DNA from: an uncultured Gammaproteobacteria bacterium
GTDB lineage: Bacteria; Patescibacteriota; Patescibacteriia; SG8-24; DYFX01
Length of the DNA stretch: 59,815 nt
Assembly (NCBI GenBank): GCA_964532415.1
Contig: CAZHHN010000004.1
Coordinates: 1-59,815 of the forward strand
Reading direction: 5' to 3'
Program-made: the position numbers and the translations under genes
In this document: in pieces, positions 37,082 to 46,305 of the stretch
Layout: every line of letters starts with the position of its first letter
Numbering within the stretch: the stretch's first letter is position 1
Notes under the pieces: model-generated
Databases searched by the model: none
Seen by the model: only the letters and a program-made list of their open reading frames with translations
What the model was told of the DNA's origin: nothing

Positions 37082-38203
37082 TCAGCTCACCCCAAACAAC
37101 CCCATGACTGCATGCACGATCTGCCCGCGGTAGCGGGCGATGTCGTGGAGCGTGACGATCAGCACCAAGCTGAGCAGCAGGAAGAAGGCCACGCGGTGGA
37201 TGACGGCTTCGACCAGAGGGCGCACGGAACGGCCGCGCAGTTTCTCGATAACGATGAAGAGCAGCCGGCCGCCGTCGAGCGCCGGGATCGGCAAAATATT
37301 GACAACGGCCAGGTTGACCGAAAGCAGCGCCGCAAATTGCAACAGGTAGAGGAAGCCGAGACGGGCGGCCTGGCCGGTCAGGACCGCGATGCCGACCGGG
37401 CCGGAGAGTTCGGTGCCGGGCTTCTGCCCGACGAACAGGCCTTTGATGAGATCGGCGAAGCTCAGAAAGATTTCTTTCACGTAAAAACCGGTGGCGGCGA
37501 TGCCGTGCCAGACGGCGGCATACCACGGCAGGGAAACGATGGCGGACTCGGCCAGCGCGACGCCCATCAGTTTTTTTCCGGAGTCGGGATCGACGACGGG
37601 CGTCAGCCGCACGTCGCGCATCGCTTTGCCTTCCTGAAGCCGGACGTCGACCGGCCCGGAGGCCGCGTTGATGTACGACTGGATATCGTCGATTTTGAGG
37701 AATCGCCGGCCGTCGATCGAAACGAGCGTATCCCCGACCATGAAGCCCGCCGCCCCGGCCGGCGAGTCTTTGAGCACTTCCACGATCTGCACGCGCGGAT
37801 CGCGGACGCGCGCGCCGGCCGGGAGGCCGCCCAGCGGCTGAGGGACGCCGATCCCGTAGCCGACAGCGAAAAGCGCCGAGGCGAGCACCAGGTTCATGAA
37901 AACGCCGGCGCAGATGACGACGGCGCGCGCCCAGGCCGGCGCGTGCGAAAAGGTGCCGGGTCCGGAGGCGGATGGATCGTCCTCGCCGCGGATCTTCACG
38001 AAGCCGCCGAGCGGGATCCAGTTGAGCGACCAGAGCGTCCGACCGCGGCGCACGCCCAGGGCACGCGGCGGAAAGCCGACGCCGAATTCCTCGACGTCGA
38101 TGCCGAACAGGCGCGCAGCCGCAAAATGGCCGAACTCGTGCGCGAGCACCAGCACGGCCAGGACGGCGGCGAAGATCAGGATCGTCAGGAGAAAATGCGG
38201 CAT
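37082..38203 (-). CDS. rseP: RIP (site-2) metalloprotease RseP family
   Basis: HEFGHF zinc motif in the first TM, a PDZ-like segment, and a C-terminal NLAVVNILPIPALDGG. Confidence 0.85.
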   Translation of the reverse strand: MPHFLLTILIFAAVLAVLVLAHEFGHFAAARLFGIDVEEFGVGFPPRALGVRRGRTLWSLNWIPLGGFVKIRGEDDPSASGPGTFSHAPAWARAVVICAGVFMNLVLASALFAVGYGIGVPQPLGGLPAGARVRDPRVQIVEVLKDSPAGAAGFMVGDTLVSIDGRRFLKIDDIQSYINAASGPVDVRLQEGKAMRDVRLTPVVDPDSGKKLMGVALAESAIVSLPWYAAVWHGIAATGFYVKEIFLSFADLIKGLFVGQKPGTELSGPVGIAVLTGQAARLGFLYLLQFAALLSVNLAVVNILPIPALDGGRLLFIVIEKLRGRSVRPLVEAVIHRVAFFLLLSLVLIVTLHDIARYRGQIVHAVMGLFGVS

Positions 38204-38215
38204 GCGGAAGGGATG

Positions 38216-39010
38216 TCAGGACGGAAGGCGGGCGGTGCGGGCGGAGACGTCCGCGCCGATCCAGGACGAACCGAGCGCCTCGAAGGCCGGCGACGGATCG
38301 GTCACGAAATAGGCGGCGGAACCGGACGCGTCCAACGAGGCGGCCAGCGCGGAATCTCTTCCGAGTGTAGCACAGAATTCGGCGACGACCGTTTCGGCCG
38401 AATCGATCAGGGCGACGCCCTCCCCCATCGCCGCCGCGATGCGCGCCTTCAGGATCGGATAGTGGGTGCAGCCGAGGATGAGCGTGTCGATTCCGGCTTC
38501 GCGCAGCGGCGCAAGATAGGCGGAGATGATGGAGCCGGTTTCCGGCCGATCGACCCAGTTTTCCTCGACGAGCGAAACGAGCAGCGCTGCCGGCTGCGCG
38601 CGGATTTCGATGAACGGATCGAGCCGCCGGAGTCCGGCTTCGTAGACGCCGCTGGCGACGGTGGCGCGCGTGGCGATCAGGCCGACGCGTTTATTTCGCG
38701 TCGCATGAACGGCCGCGCGGACGGCCGGGCCGATCACGTCGAAAATCGGCAGCGCGGGGTGGCGGGTCCGCAGATGGTCGGCCGCGAGCGCCGAGGCGGT
38801 GTTGCAGGCAACGACGATGGCTTCGGCGCCCTGCGCGCGCAAAAAGTTCACGGCCTCTTCGGCATAGCGGCGGATGGTTTCGGGACTTTTGCCGCCGTAC
38901 GGCCAGCGGGCGGTGTCGCCAAGGTAAACGTACGACAGGTCCGGCCGCGCGGACCGGAGCGCGCGCACGACCGTGAGGCCACCGACGCCGGAATCGAAGA
39001 TGCCGATCAT
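38216..39010 (-). CDS. murI: Glutamate racemase
   Basis: Start at MIGIFDSGVGGLTV. ACNTAS and GCTHYP catalytic-Cys motifs. Confidence 0.9.
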   Translation of the reverse strand: MIGIFDSGVGGLTVVRALRSARPDLSYVYLGDTARWPYGGKSPETIRRYAEEAVNFLRAQGAEAIVVACNTASALAADHLRTRHPALPIFDVIGPAVRAAVHATRNKRVGLIATRATVASGVYEAGLRRLDPFIEIRAQPAALLVSLVEENWVDRPETGSIISAYLAPLREAGIDTLILGCTHYPILKARIAAAMGEGVALIDSAETVVAEFCATLGRDSALAASLDASGSAAYFVTDPSPAFEALGSSWIGADVSARTARLPS

Positions 39011-39108
39011 ATGCTGGAGCCTAGCGCGCCGAAGCGCAAAAGGCAAAACTGAAAAAAGAAATCGACCCGGGAGCGGGTCGAAGGAGCCGACGGCGACAAA
39101 CTATCGCT

Positions 39109-39957
39109 TTAGGCAATGCGCTGCGCGGCGGGTTGGTTTGTATGATACGCACGCACGACCCGAGCCAATGAATCGTAGTTGTGCGTACTGAAACCCGGTG
39201 GCATGACCGTATCGGGTAAGCCGCAATGGGTGAAAAAGATCTGTACGTACCGATGCACGTTGGCCACGGTCGAGATGACGTCGTGCCAAATGGGCTTCAG
39301 CCGGCCGCCGGTCAGGCCAGCAAACTTCGCGCTGACGGTGATCAGCACCTGATCCGGTCCCAGCTCCACCACGCAGAGTTCGGGCGACGTCCGATCGTAC
39401 GCGTCTCGTGCGGAAATCCTGACGCCCGGGTGGGTGCCGGCGAAGAGGAAGGAGATCGCGCATCGATCCCAGTGCGCCTGACCCATCATCGCGCCGACCG
39501 ATGCCGGTTCATAGCGGAGGAGCCTGACAAAATCGTGATCGGCAGACGGGTTCCCGACGCCGAGTTCCGAGCACACCAGCCCTTCCAGTCGCTTGCAGCG
39601 CAGGCGGTTGCGCCGGTTGGCCTCGAAGAACAGACTCCATTCGCCCGTAACGTCGATGCCGTTGCAGGCGAGTTCAGCCTCCAAGCCGTGCGCGTAATGG
39701 AAGATGCGTTTCGGATCGGTAGTCTGTTGAACGGGACGCAATCCCATGTCGATCTGTCCCTCATGGGCGCGTTGGCCAGCCCACTTCATCTGCTCGAGCG
39801 GACTGAGCGTGAGAATTCCGTCGATGCCGGCATAAGCAATCTTGGCATCGTCTTGTACGCCGTCCGGCGCGAGGCAGATCGTCCATCCGTGCTGGAGGAG
39901 ATCGGCGACGTGCGCGGGTCCGAACTCCTTATGAAACTGTGCAGCGTCCTCGATCAT
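39109..39957 (-). CDS. Possible 2OG-Fe(II) oxygenase superfamily protein
   Basis: HWDRCAISFLF (HxD) and a distal GGRLKPIWHDV (His) resemble the facial triad. Start placed at the ATG preceded by GGAGG at 5-nt spacing. The assignment is tentative. Confidence 0.45.
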   Translation of the reverse strand: MIEDAAQFHKEFGPAHVADLLQHGWTICLAPDGVQDDAKIAYAGIDGILTLSPLEQMKWAGQRAHEGQIDMGLRPVQQTTDPKRIFHYAHGLEAELACNGIDVTGEWSLFFEANRRNRLRCKRLEGLVCSELGVGNPSADHDFVRLLRYEPASVGAMMGQAHWDRCAISFLFAGTHPGVRISARDAYDRTSPELCVVELGPDQVLITVSAKFAGLTGGRLKPIWHDVISTVANVHRYVQIFFTHCGLPDTVMPPGFSTHNYDSLARVVRAYHTNQPAAQRIA

Positions 39958-40087
39958 CGTAACCTCCATGCTCCATGCGATCGGAGCAACTGGAACTTAA
40001 CGGACCGCGGAACGCATCGCAATCGAAGTTATCCACATGCCTGTCAGGAAAAAGAAAAGGTTCCCGCATCCACCCGACCGGTGAACG

Positions 40088-40795
40088 TCACAGGAACCAT
40101 TGCGCGATTGCGTCCATCTGGAAGTCGCCGATGTTTTGCCCTTCCGGCATCACATAGTGCGCGATGCCTTCGAGCGTTTCGCGCGGCGAGAAGCGGTGCG
40201 GCACGCCGACGACGATCCAACCGGCTTCGCAGGCGGATATCGCACCGACTCTGGTGTCTTCAAAGGTGAAGCAACGACCCCTACGCGCACGGAGTTTTTC
40301 AGCAGCGAGCCTGTACGGCCTGGGATCGGGCTTGCGCAGGCCGTCGATTCCCGGCGTATCCGCGGTGATGATGCACTTGAAGCGACGGCGAAGATCGAGG
40401 GTATCGAGCATCGCGAAGGCATGCGCGTCGTGCGCGGAACTCACGAACGCCCGAGGAGCCCCGATCTTCCGGCACGTCTCGAACCACCGTTCGACGCCGG
40501 GCATGAGCGGCGCCTGCCGCATGCGCGGAGGGCCGAGACGCCGGCATTCCTCCAAAAAATCCGCCGGTTCTTCGTCGAGTCGAAACATACCGACAATGAT
40601 CCGGGCGACCTCGAGACCGGCCCTCCCGACGATCCGATGGTGATCGGCCTCAGCATATGCATGCCCACGTGCATGCAACATGTCGACATACAGCTCGAAT
40701 TGCAGGCGTTCGGTATCGTAGAGCGTACCGTCGCCGTCGGCTCCGATACCCTCGACATCGGGGTAGAGCGGACCGTACCCGTGGGGTTTGGCCAT
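40088..40795 (-). CDS. HAD-superfamily hydrolase (subfamily IA-like)
   Basis: DGDGTLYDT (DxDGT motif I), and later KPDPRPY and FEDTRVG motifs. Start taken at MAKPHGY. Confidence 0.7.
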   Translation of the reverse strand: MAKPHGYGPLYPDVEGIGADGDGTLYDTERLQFELYVDMLHARGHAYAEADHHRIVGRAGLEVARIIVGMFRLDEEPADFLEECRRLGPPRMRQAPLMPGVERWFETCRKIGAPRAFVSSAHDAHAFAMLDTLDLRRRFKCIITADTPGIDGLRKPDPRPYRLAAEKLRARRGRCFTFEDTRVGAISACEAGWIVVGVPHRFSPRETLEGIAHYVMPEGQNIGDFQMDAIAQWFL

Positions 40796-40892
40796 GGAGA
40801 AAGAACCTCGTCCACGCATGATCGCGTGAGCGAAATACTACAAGTTTCCTGCAAGAATGCAAGTTGTGGACGACGGGCGGCCAAGCCCCGGT

Positions 40893-42242
40893 TCAACCGC
40901 GGATAAGTGACGACAGTTCGCCCTTTTTCTGCTCCATCAGCTCCGGCGTGGCACCTTCGACGTTCAAGCGCAGCAACGGTTCGGTGTTGGAGGCACGGAC
41001 GGAGAACCACCAATCACCAAAGTCCATGCGCAGGCCGTCGATATCGTTCACCGAAGAGGCTTCCGAAATGAAGCGCTCGCGGATGGCCGCCATGCGCGCG
41101 TTCGCGTCACCGACCTGGAAATTGATCTCGCCGGAGTGGGCGTAGCGGCGCAGCCGCGCGGCCAGTTCCGAGAGCGGTTTCTTTTCGCGGGAAAGCAGCT
41201 GGAGCGCGAGCAACATCACGTAGTCGGTGTTTTCGGCGTCGAAGAATTCGCGGAAATAGAAATGGCCGGAAAGTTCCCCGCCGAAAAGCGCGTCATGCCC
41301 GCGCATGATCGGCTTGATGAGCGGACCGCCGGCTGGCGTGATGAGCGGCACGCCCCCGGCCGCCCGAATTTCCTCGGGCGCGACGTTGCCGCAGCTCACG
41401 TTGTAGGTGACGGTTTCGCCGGCATGGCCGGGCAGGAGCACGTGCGCCAGCATGCCGATGAGCTGATCGGCGCGGATGATTTCGCCTTTCTCGTCGACCA
41501 AGCCGATGCGGTCGGAGTCGCCGTCGAGCGCGATGCCGATGTCAGCGCCGACCTGGCCGATCTCGCGCTGGAGATCCCGAAGCGTCTCGGTTTTCAGCGG
41601 ATTGGCTTCATGATTCGGAAAGGTGCCGTCCGGTTCCCAGAACAGCCGGTGCACTTCGACGTTCGGCAGCCGTTCGAAAATTTTCGGCAGAATCACGCCG
41701 CCCATGCCGTTGCCGGCGTCGACGACGGCCTTCAGCCTCCCGATCGTTTCGGGCGGTACCAGCGCGAACAAGCGATCGAGATAGTCGGGCACGATGTCGG
41801 CCTGGACCAGCGTCCCCTCTTTGGCATCCGGAAAGGCGTTCGCCTCGACCAAAGATTTCAGCTCCTCCATGCCAGTGCCCCGACCGATCCGCGTGGCGTC
41901 GCCGCGCACCAGTTTGAAGCCGTTGTATTCGGCGGGATTGTGCGAAGCCGTGACCATGATGCCGGCGTCGTGGAGATCGTAGTCGGACACGGAAAAATAG
42001 AACATCGGCGTCGAAACCATGCCGATGTCGATCACGTCGGCGCCCTGTTTCATGATCCCGCTGCTCAGCGCCGCGAAGTAAGCGGGCGAGCTGCCGCGCA
42101 TGTCGCGGCCGGCCACCACGGTTTTGGCACGCGTCAGCAAAACGAAGGCGCGTCCGAGCGCCTCGCAGAAGGCGTCGTCGAAGTCCTGGCCGACCAGGCC
42201 GCGAATGTCGTAGGCCTTGAAAATCGAGGGATTGTAGTCCAT
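40893..42242 (-). CDS. Phosphomannomutase/phosphoglucomutase family protein
   Basis: IFKAYDIRG, the TASHNPAEYNGFK phosphoserine loop, and the DGDSDR metal loop. Confidence 0.9.
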   Translation of the reverse strand: MDYNPSIFKAYDIRGLVGQDFDDAFCEALGRAFVLLTRAKTVVAGRDMRGSSPAYFAALSSGIMKQGADVIDIGMVSTPMFYFSVSDYDLHDAGIMVTASHNPAEYNGFKLVRGDATRIGRGTGMEELKSLVEANAFPDAKEGTLVQADIVPDYLDRLFALVPPETIGRLKAVVDAGNGMGGVILPKIFERLPNVEVHRLFWEPDGTFPNHEANPLKTETLRDLQREIGQVGADIGIALDGDSDRIGLVDEKGEIIRADQLIGMLAHVLLPGHAGETVTYNVSCGNVAPEEIRAAGGVPLITPAGGPLIKPIMRGHDALFGGELSGHFYFREFFDAENTDYVMLLALQLLSREKKPLSELAARLRRYAHSGEINFQVGDANARMAAIRERFISEASSVNDIDGLRMDFGDWWFSVRASNTEPLLRLNVEGATPELMEQKKGELSSLIRG

Positions 42243-42267
42243 ACTGAGAGCAGCTTAACTCTTCTTT

Positions 42268-42840
42268 TTGGCGAACGCCACTATGATGGGAGTCTACGTC
42301 CTTCTCGGCATCGTCGTGCTGGCCGGCCTGTGGCTGTGGTCCGCCTACAACGGGCTCGTGACGCTGAACGTCCGCTCCGATGAAGCCTGGTCTGACATCG
42401 AAGTCCAGCTCAAGCGCCGCTACGACCTGATCCCGAACCTGGTCAATACGGTCAAAGGCTACGCCACGCACGAATCGGCTGCCTTCGAGAACGTCACCAA
42501 CGCGCGCGCCGCCGCCATGGGCGCCCAAACCCCGGCCCAGCACGCCGCCGCCGAGAACATGCTCTCGTCGACGCTCAAATCGCTCTTCGCGGTATCGGAA
42601 GCGTATCCGGACCTGAAGGCCAACCAGAATTTCCTCGACCTCCAGCACGAACTGACGGACGCCGAAGACAAAATCCAGGCGGCCCGCCGCTTCTACAACG
42701 CCAACGTGCGCGACCTGAACATCAGGCTGCAGGTGTTTCCGACCAACCTGATCGCCCAATCGCTCGGCTTCAAAAAGCGGGATTTCTTCGACCTGCCGGA
42801 CAACGACGCCGCCCAAAAGAATGTCGAGGTGAAATTCTGA
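42268..42840 (+). CDS. lemA: LemA family protein
   Basis: N-terminal TM, then YNGLVTLNVRSDEAWSDIEVQLKRRYDLIPNLV, typical LemA. Confidence 0.85.
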   Translation: MANATMMGVYVLLGIVVLAGLWLWSAYNGLVTLNVRSDEAWSDIEVQLKRRYDLIPNLVNTVKGYATHESAAFENVTNARAAAMGAQTPAQHAAAENMLSSTLKSLFAVSEAYPDLKANQNFLDLQHELTDAEDKIQAARRFYNANVRDLNIRLQVFPTNLIAQSLGFKKRDFFDLPDNDAAQKNVEVKF

Positions 42841-42850
42841 ACAAGGGAAC

Positions 42851-42878
42851 AAAAACAGCGGGTCGAACCGCTGTTTTT
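42851..42878 (+). terminator. Intrinsic terminator after lemA
   Basis: AAAAACAGCGG-GTCGAA-CCGCTGTTTTT. Confidence 0.65.
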
Positions 42879-42962
42879 GCATGGCGATGCTTGACTCCAA
42901 AGCTTTTTTATGCAACGATAACCGCATCCGAACGCTCATCGCAGGGACGAAAGGAACAAGCC

Positions 42963-43259
42963 ATGCTGGCGCAACATGTCCAGGCTCTCGAAGTGATCTC
43001 TCGCATCATGTCCGTTTGCGGCATCGGGTGCGTTGCCTGCCTGATCATCCATCTGTACTGCGGGCCGAGCCGGTGTCGCCTGGAGACGCGGCTCTGGCCA
43101 ACCGGTCAGAAGCCGAAGGACGGAGCGCGTGAGCGAGCGGAGAAAATGCGGCGCCACGGCCAGCTGGAGTTCGTGGAGCATGCCAGCATGAAACTCACGT
43201 CGATACTGGGGTTCCTCGCCGTGTTCTTGGCGGCCATCCTGCTGATTTGGAGACATTGA
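42963..43259 (+). CDS. Hypothetical small Cys-rich two-TM protein
   Basis: Start at the ATG preceded by AAAGGAACAAGCC. Followed by hairpin ACCGCCGG...CCGGCGGT plus ATTATTGT at 43275-43308. Confidence 0.4.
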   Translation: MLAQHVQALEVISRIMSVCGIGCVACLIIHLYCGPSRCRLETRLWPTGQKPKDGARERAEKMRRHGQLEFVEHASMKLTSILGFLAVFLAAILLIWRH

Positions 43260-43501
43260 CGGATCTCCCCTGCAACCGCCGGTTGATCTTCTCCGGCGGT
43301 ATTATTGTACGCGGGCGTTTGCGTCCGTTTCAAAAATCAGATCGGTTCCGGCTCCGAGACCGTACAGATCGTGCTCACCGGAACGAACCTAGCGCATTGC
43401 GCCGGAAAGCTCAACAGAGAACAACGGCGCTGCTGTTCAATGAAAAGAACGCATCCGATCGGGAGCCGCGGATGGACTCTCTGCCGAAATGCGTTCGCGC
43501 T

Positions 43502-44371
43502 TCATTTATGAAGCCAGACGGGGCTCATGCCCAGGTGTTCTCTCCAAGAGTTCCCCCAGAGCTGCTCGCGTCGGGCGCGGAGGCGTTCGAAGGTGGCGAT
43601 CTGCTGACGCGCGTCTTCGATATTGTGGAGCAGCGCCTGCAGAGCATCGACCTCATCCGGCGTGAACCATTGCTTCCAGTCTTCGGTCAGGCGTCCGTGC
43701 CCCGCGCGCATGCTCTTCTGCCAGCGCTGGTACGCGGGAGCGATGAGCACGGCCAGCAGGGTGCCGCACAGCATGACGCCGAGGATCAGGAGCTGCCTGA
43801 ACCAGATGCCGCTGCCGGCGCCGAGGAACAGTCCGACGACTGCGGTAAAGACCGCCGCGCCGACCAGCCCGCCGACGTAGTCGAACGGTATCGGTCCGAT
43901 CCACCTGCGATGCCAGCGGATTTCGCCCCTGCAGAAGCGCTTGATCCCGAAGTACGGGTTCAGCGGGAACCACATGAAGTCCCAGTCGACGGACAGCATC
44001 AGGTACCACGAGAGCATCTCCCCCGCGTGCCGCAGGCTCGCCAGCCGCCACGCACCGCTCCAATAACGGTCGAAAATGAACGTGCCGAGCATCAGGAAGA
44101 TCGGGAGCAGGAACATGATCGCGTGGTAGCCGGTCAGCTCCTTGCCGCTCATGAGACGGCTATACCATGGCGATTGCTTCCTCCAGGTCGGGAAGGCGAG
44201 CGCCCAACCGACCGCACCGTCCGTCTGGACTTCGAGCAGGGCGTACAGAAACGCCCAGAAGAAGAGAAACGCGCCGACCAGAATCGCGCCTGTCAGATCT
44301 CCGCCCATGACGGGCCTCCTTGGAAAGTCGAATGACCACTCCGATGCAGGCAGGGTTATCATCACACACAC
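43502..44371 (-). CDS. Hypothetical multi-pass membrane protein
   Basis: Several Trp-rich hydrophobic spans. No domain recognised. Confidence 0.55.
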   Translation of the reverse strand: MCVMITLPASEWSFDFPRRPVMGGDLTGAILVGAFLFFWAFLYALLEVQTDGAVGWALAFPTWRKQSPWYSRLMSGKELTGYHAIMFLLPIFLMLGTFIFDRYWSGAWRLASLRHAGEMLSWYLMLSVDWDFMWFPLNPYFGIKRFCRGEIRWHRRWIGPIPFDYVGGLVGAAVFTAVVGLFLGAGSGIWFRQLLILGVMLCGTLLAVLIAPAYQRWQKSMRAGHGRLTEDWKQWFTPDEVDALQALLHNIEDARQQIATFERLRARREQLWGNSWREHLGMSPVWLHK

Positions 44372-44394
44372 CGTCTGTCAATGTTCTTGGAAAG

Positions 44395-44420
44395 AAAAAC
44401 CGCCGGGAGTTTTCGGCGGT
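44395..44420 (-). terminator. Intrinsic terminator after the 44429-45289 gene
   Basis: On the minus strand: ACCGCCG-loop-CGGCGGT followed by a T tract. Confidence 0.55.
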
Positions 44421-44428
44421 GCGGCGCT

Positions 44429-45289
44429 TCATTTTCGACCTGCGGTCGTCCCCGCTTTCACCACGGATGGCGCTTCGAAGCGCAGGAGTGCGCGCGGAAT
44501 GACCTGACGGCCCAGGACCACATCCATGTGTCTGAGGCGCCTATCGATGGCGACCGCACAACGCGCTCGCAAAGCGGGCCGGGAGTACGGCTCCGCCGGG
44601 CCGGCGAGGCGCAGGCAGCCGAGACGCTTTCCCATCCGCGCGGTCGCGTAGGAGACGCCTTCCGCGCCGATCAGCGTCAGGCGATGCGCGAACGAAGCCC
44701 TGAACCACTCCGGCAGCGGACGGAGCGCGCGCCGGTAGACCGCGTCGAGCGCGATCAGGTGCCGGACGCATGGACTGTCGAGAAACGCCAGCCCGGTGAA
44801 AATGCCGCCGCTGTGCGCCACGACCGTCACGTCGCAGTTAGGCGCCGTGCCGATCCGTTCACCGATCCCGTCGAGCAGGTCGTCCAGCGATTCCCAGAGC
44901 GGTTCGCCCGGATCGCCGGTCGGTCCCGCGACCGCCACGAACAGGGCATTCAGGCCGCTCTCGGCGAATTGCCGGGCAAGATGATGCCGTTCCCAGGCGC
45001 AATCGACGTAGTCCTGATTCGCACAGCCATCCGCACCGAGGCCTTCATCTCCCACCTGCCGATCGTCGCCATCCAGATTGTAGCCGTGAATGTACACGAC
45101 GGTTTGAGCCGTGGCGGCCTCGAAGGCTCCGGGCATCCAAAGATGCACGTGACCCTGGGGACCGGCATCGAAACAGGTATGGATTCCGCCTTCCTCTGAG
45201 GCCGGCGCAGACGGACAGTCCGCCCAGGCCTGGGCAAGACCGAAACACCATGCCGCCAGCGTGGCGGATACGAAGAACACGTGTCGCAT
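44429..45289 (-). CDS. Hypothetical secreted protein (possible alpha/beta-hydrolase-like)
   Basis: Start at MRHVFFVSATLAAWCF (signal peptide). VVAHSGG resembles a nucleophile elbow. The assignment is tentative. Confidence 0.4.
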   Translation of the reverse strand: MRHVFFVSATLAAWCFGLAQAWADCPSAPASEEGGIHTCFDAGPQGHVHLWMPGAFEAATAQTVVYIHGYNLDGDDRQVGDEGLGADGCANQDYVDCAWERHHLARQFAESGLNALFVAVAGPTGDPGEPLWESLDDLLDGIGERIGTAPNCDVTVVAHSGGIFTGLAFLDSPCVRHLIALDAVYRRALRPLPEWFRASFAHRLTLIGAEGVSYATARMGKRLGCLRLAGPAEPYSRPALRARCAVAIDRRLRHMDVVLGRQVIPRALLRFEAPSVVKAGTTAGRK

Positions 45290-45390
45290 GACCGCCTCCG
45301 AAAAGACCTGCTGGCAGCTTAACGTCATGGTTATCCAATTGTCCATCGTCCTGAAAATTGCTACGCTCTCTGCATTCCCGACGCACAGGC

Positions 45391-46281
45391 ATGTATTCCC
45401 AAATCACGTCCAACAAGCGGAGAAGCTGGGTGCTGATCGTCGCGTTCGTGGCGGTCGTGCTTGGGCTCGGCTGGCTGATCGACCGGTATTACGAAGCCGG
45501 CGGGTCGATCCTCGTCATCGCGCTGATCTATGCGCTTTTCACCGCCGCCTTCTCGTACTTCGCGGGCGACAGGATGGCACTCTGGAGCGCGCGGGCAAAA
45601 GCCGTCTCGAAACAGGACATGCCGGAGCTTTACCGCGTCGTCGAAAATCTTTGCATCGCCGACGGCTTGCCGGTGCCGAAAATCTACGTCATCGACGATC
45701 CCGCGCCGAACGCGTTCGCGACCGGACGCACGCCGGAACTCGCCTCGATCGCCTTCACGACCGGCCTTTTGGAACGCCTCGACAAGGCCGAGCTCGAGGG
45801 CGTCGCCGCGCACGAACTTTCCCACGTCAAAAACTACGACACGCGCCTGATGGCCGTCGTGGCGGTCCTGGTCGGCGTGGTCGCCACGCTCGCCAACCTG
45901 TTCCTCCGTGCCTCGATGTTCGGCGGCGGACGGCGGCGCGACGATCGCGAAGGCGGCGGAGTGCTGCTGATCCTCGGGATCGTCGGGATGATTTTGGCAC
46001 CGATCGTCGCTTCGCTGATCCAACTGGCAATTTCGCGGCGGCGCGAATACCTGGCCGACGCTTCCGGCGCGCTCGTGACCCGGTTTCCCGAGGGCTTGGC
46101 GCGCGCGCTCGAAAAGATTGCCTCTTACGGAGCGCCGATGCGGCACGCCTCGACCGCGACCGCGCACCTCTACATCTCCAGCCCGTTCGGCGCAGGCCAT
46201 CGCCTGACGAATCTTTTCTCGACCCATCCGCCGATCCAGGAACGCGTCAGGGCGCTGCGGCAAATGGAGATCACGACGTAA
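45391..46281 (+). CDS. htpX: Zinc metalloprotease HtpX
   Basis: Start at MYSQITSNKRRSW. HELSHVKNYD zinc motif and a C-terminal STHPPIQERV. Confidence 0.9.
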   Translation: MYSQITSNKRRSWVLIVAFVAVVLGLGWLIDRYYEAGGSILVIALIYALFTAAFSYFAGDRMALWSARAKAVSKQDMPELYRVVENLCIADGLPVPKIYVIDDPAPNAFATGRTPELASIAFTTGLLERLDKAELEGVAAHELSHVKNYDTRLMAVVAVLVGVVATLANLFLRASMFGGGRRRDDREGGGVLLILGIVGMILAPIVASLIQLAISRRREYLADASGALVTRFPEGLARALEKIASYGAPMRHASTATAHLYISSPFGAGHRLTNLFSTHPPIQERVRALRQMEITT

Positions 46282-46305
46282 GTCATCTAACGGCGCGCGC
46301 CGCCT

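Noticed and set aside
40029-40037. Perfect DnaA-box 9-mer TTATCCACA. Separately, the divergent strand switch at 42243-42267 was considered as a possible replication origin.
   Set aside because: There is only a single box, with no cluster, no AT-rich unwinding element and no dnaA/dnaN nearby. The strand-switch spacer is only 25 nt. One perfect 9-mer in about 120 kb of searched strand is compatible with chance.
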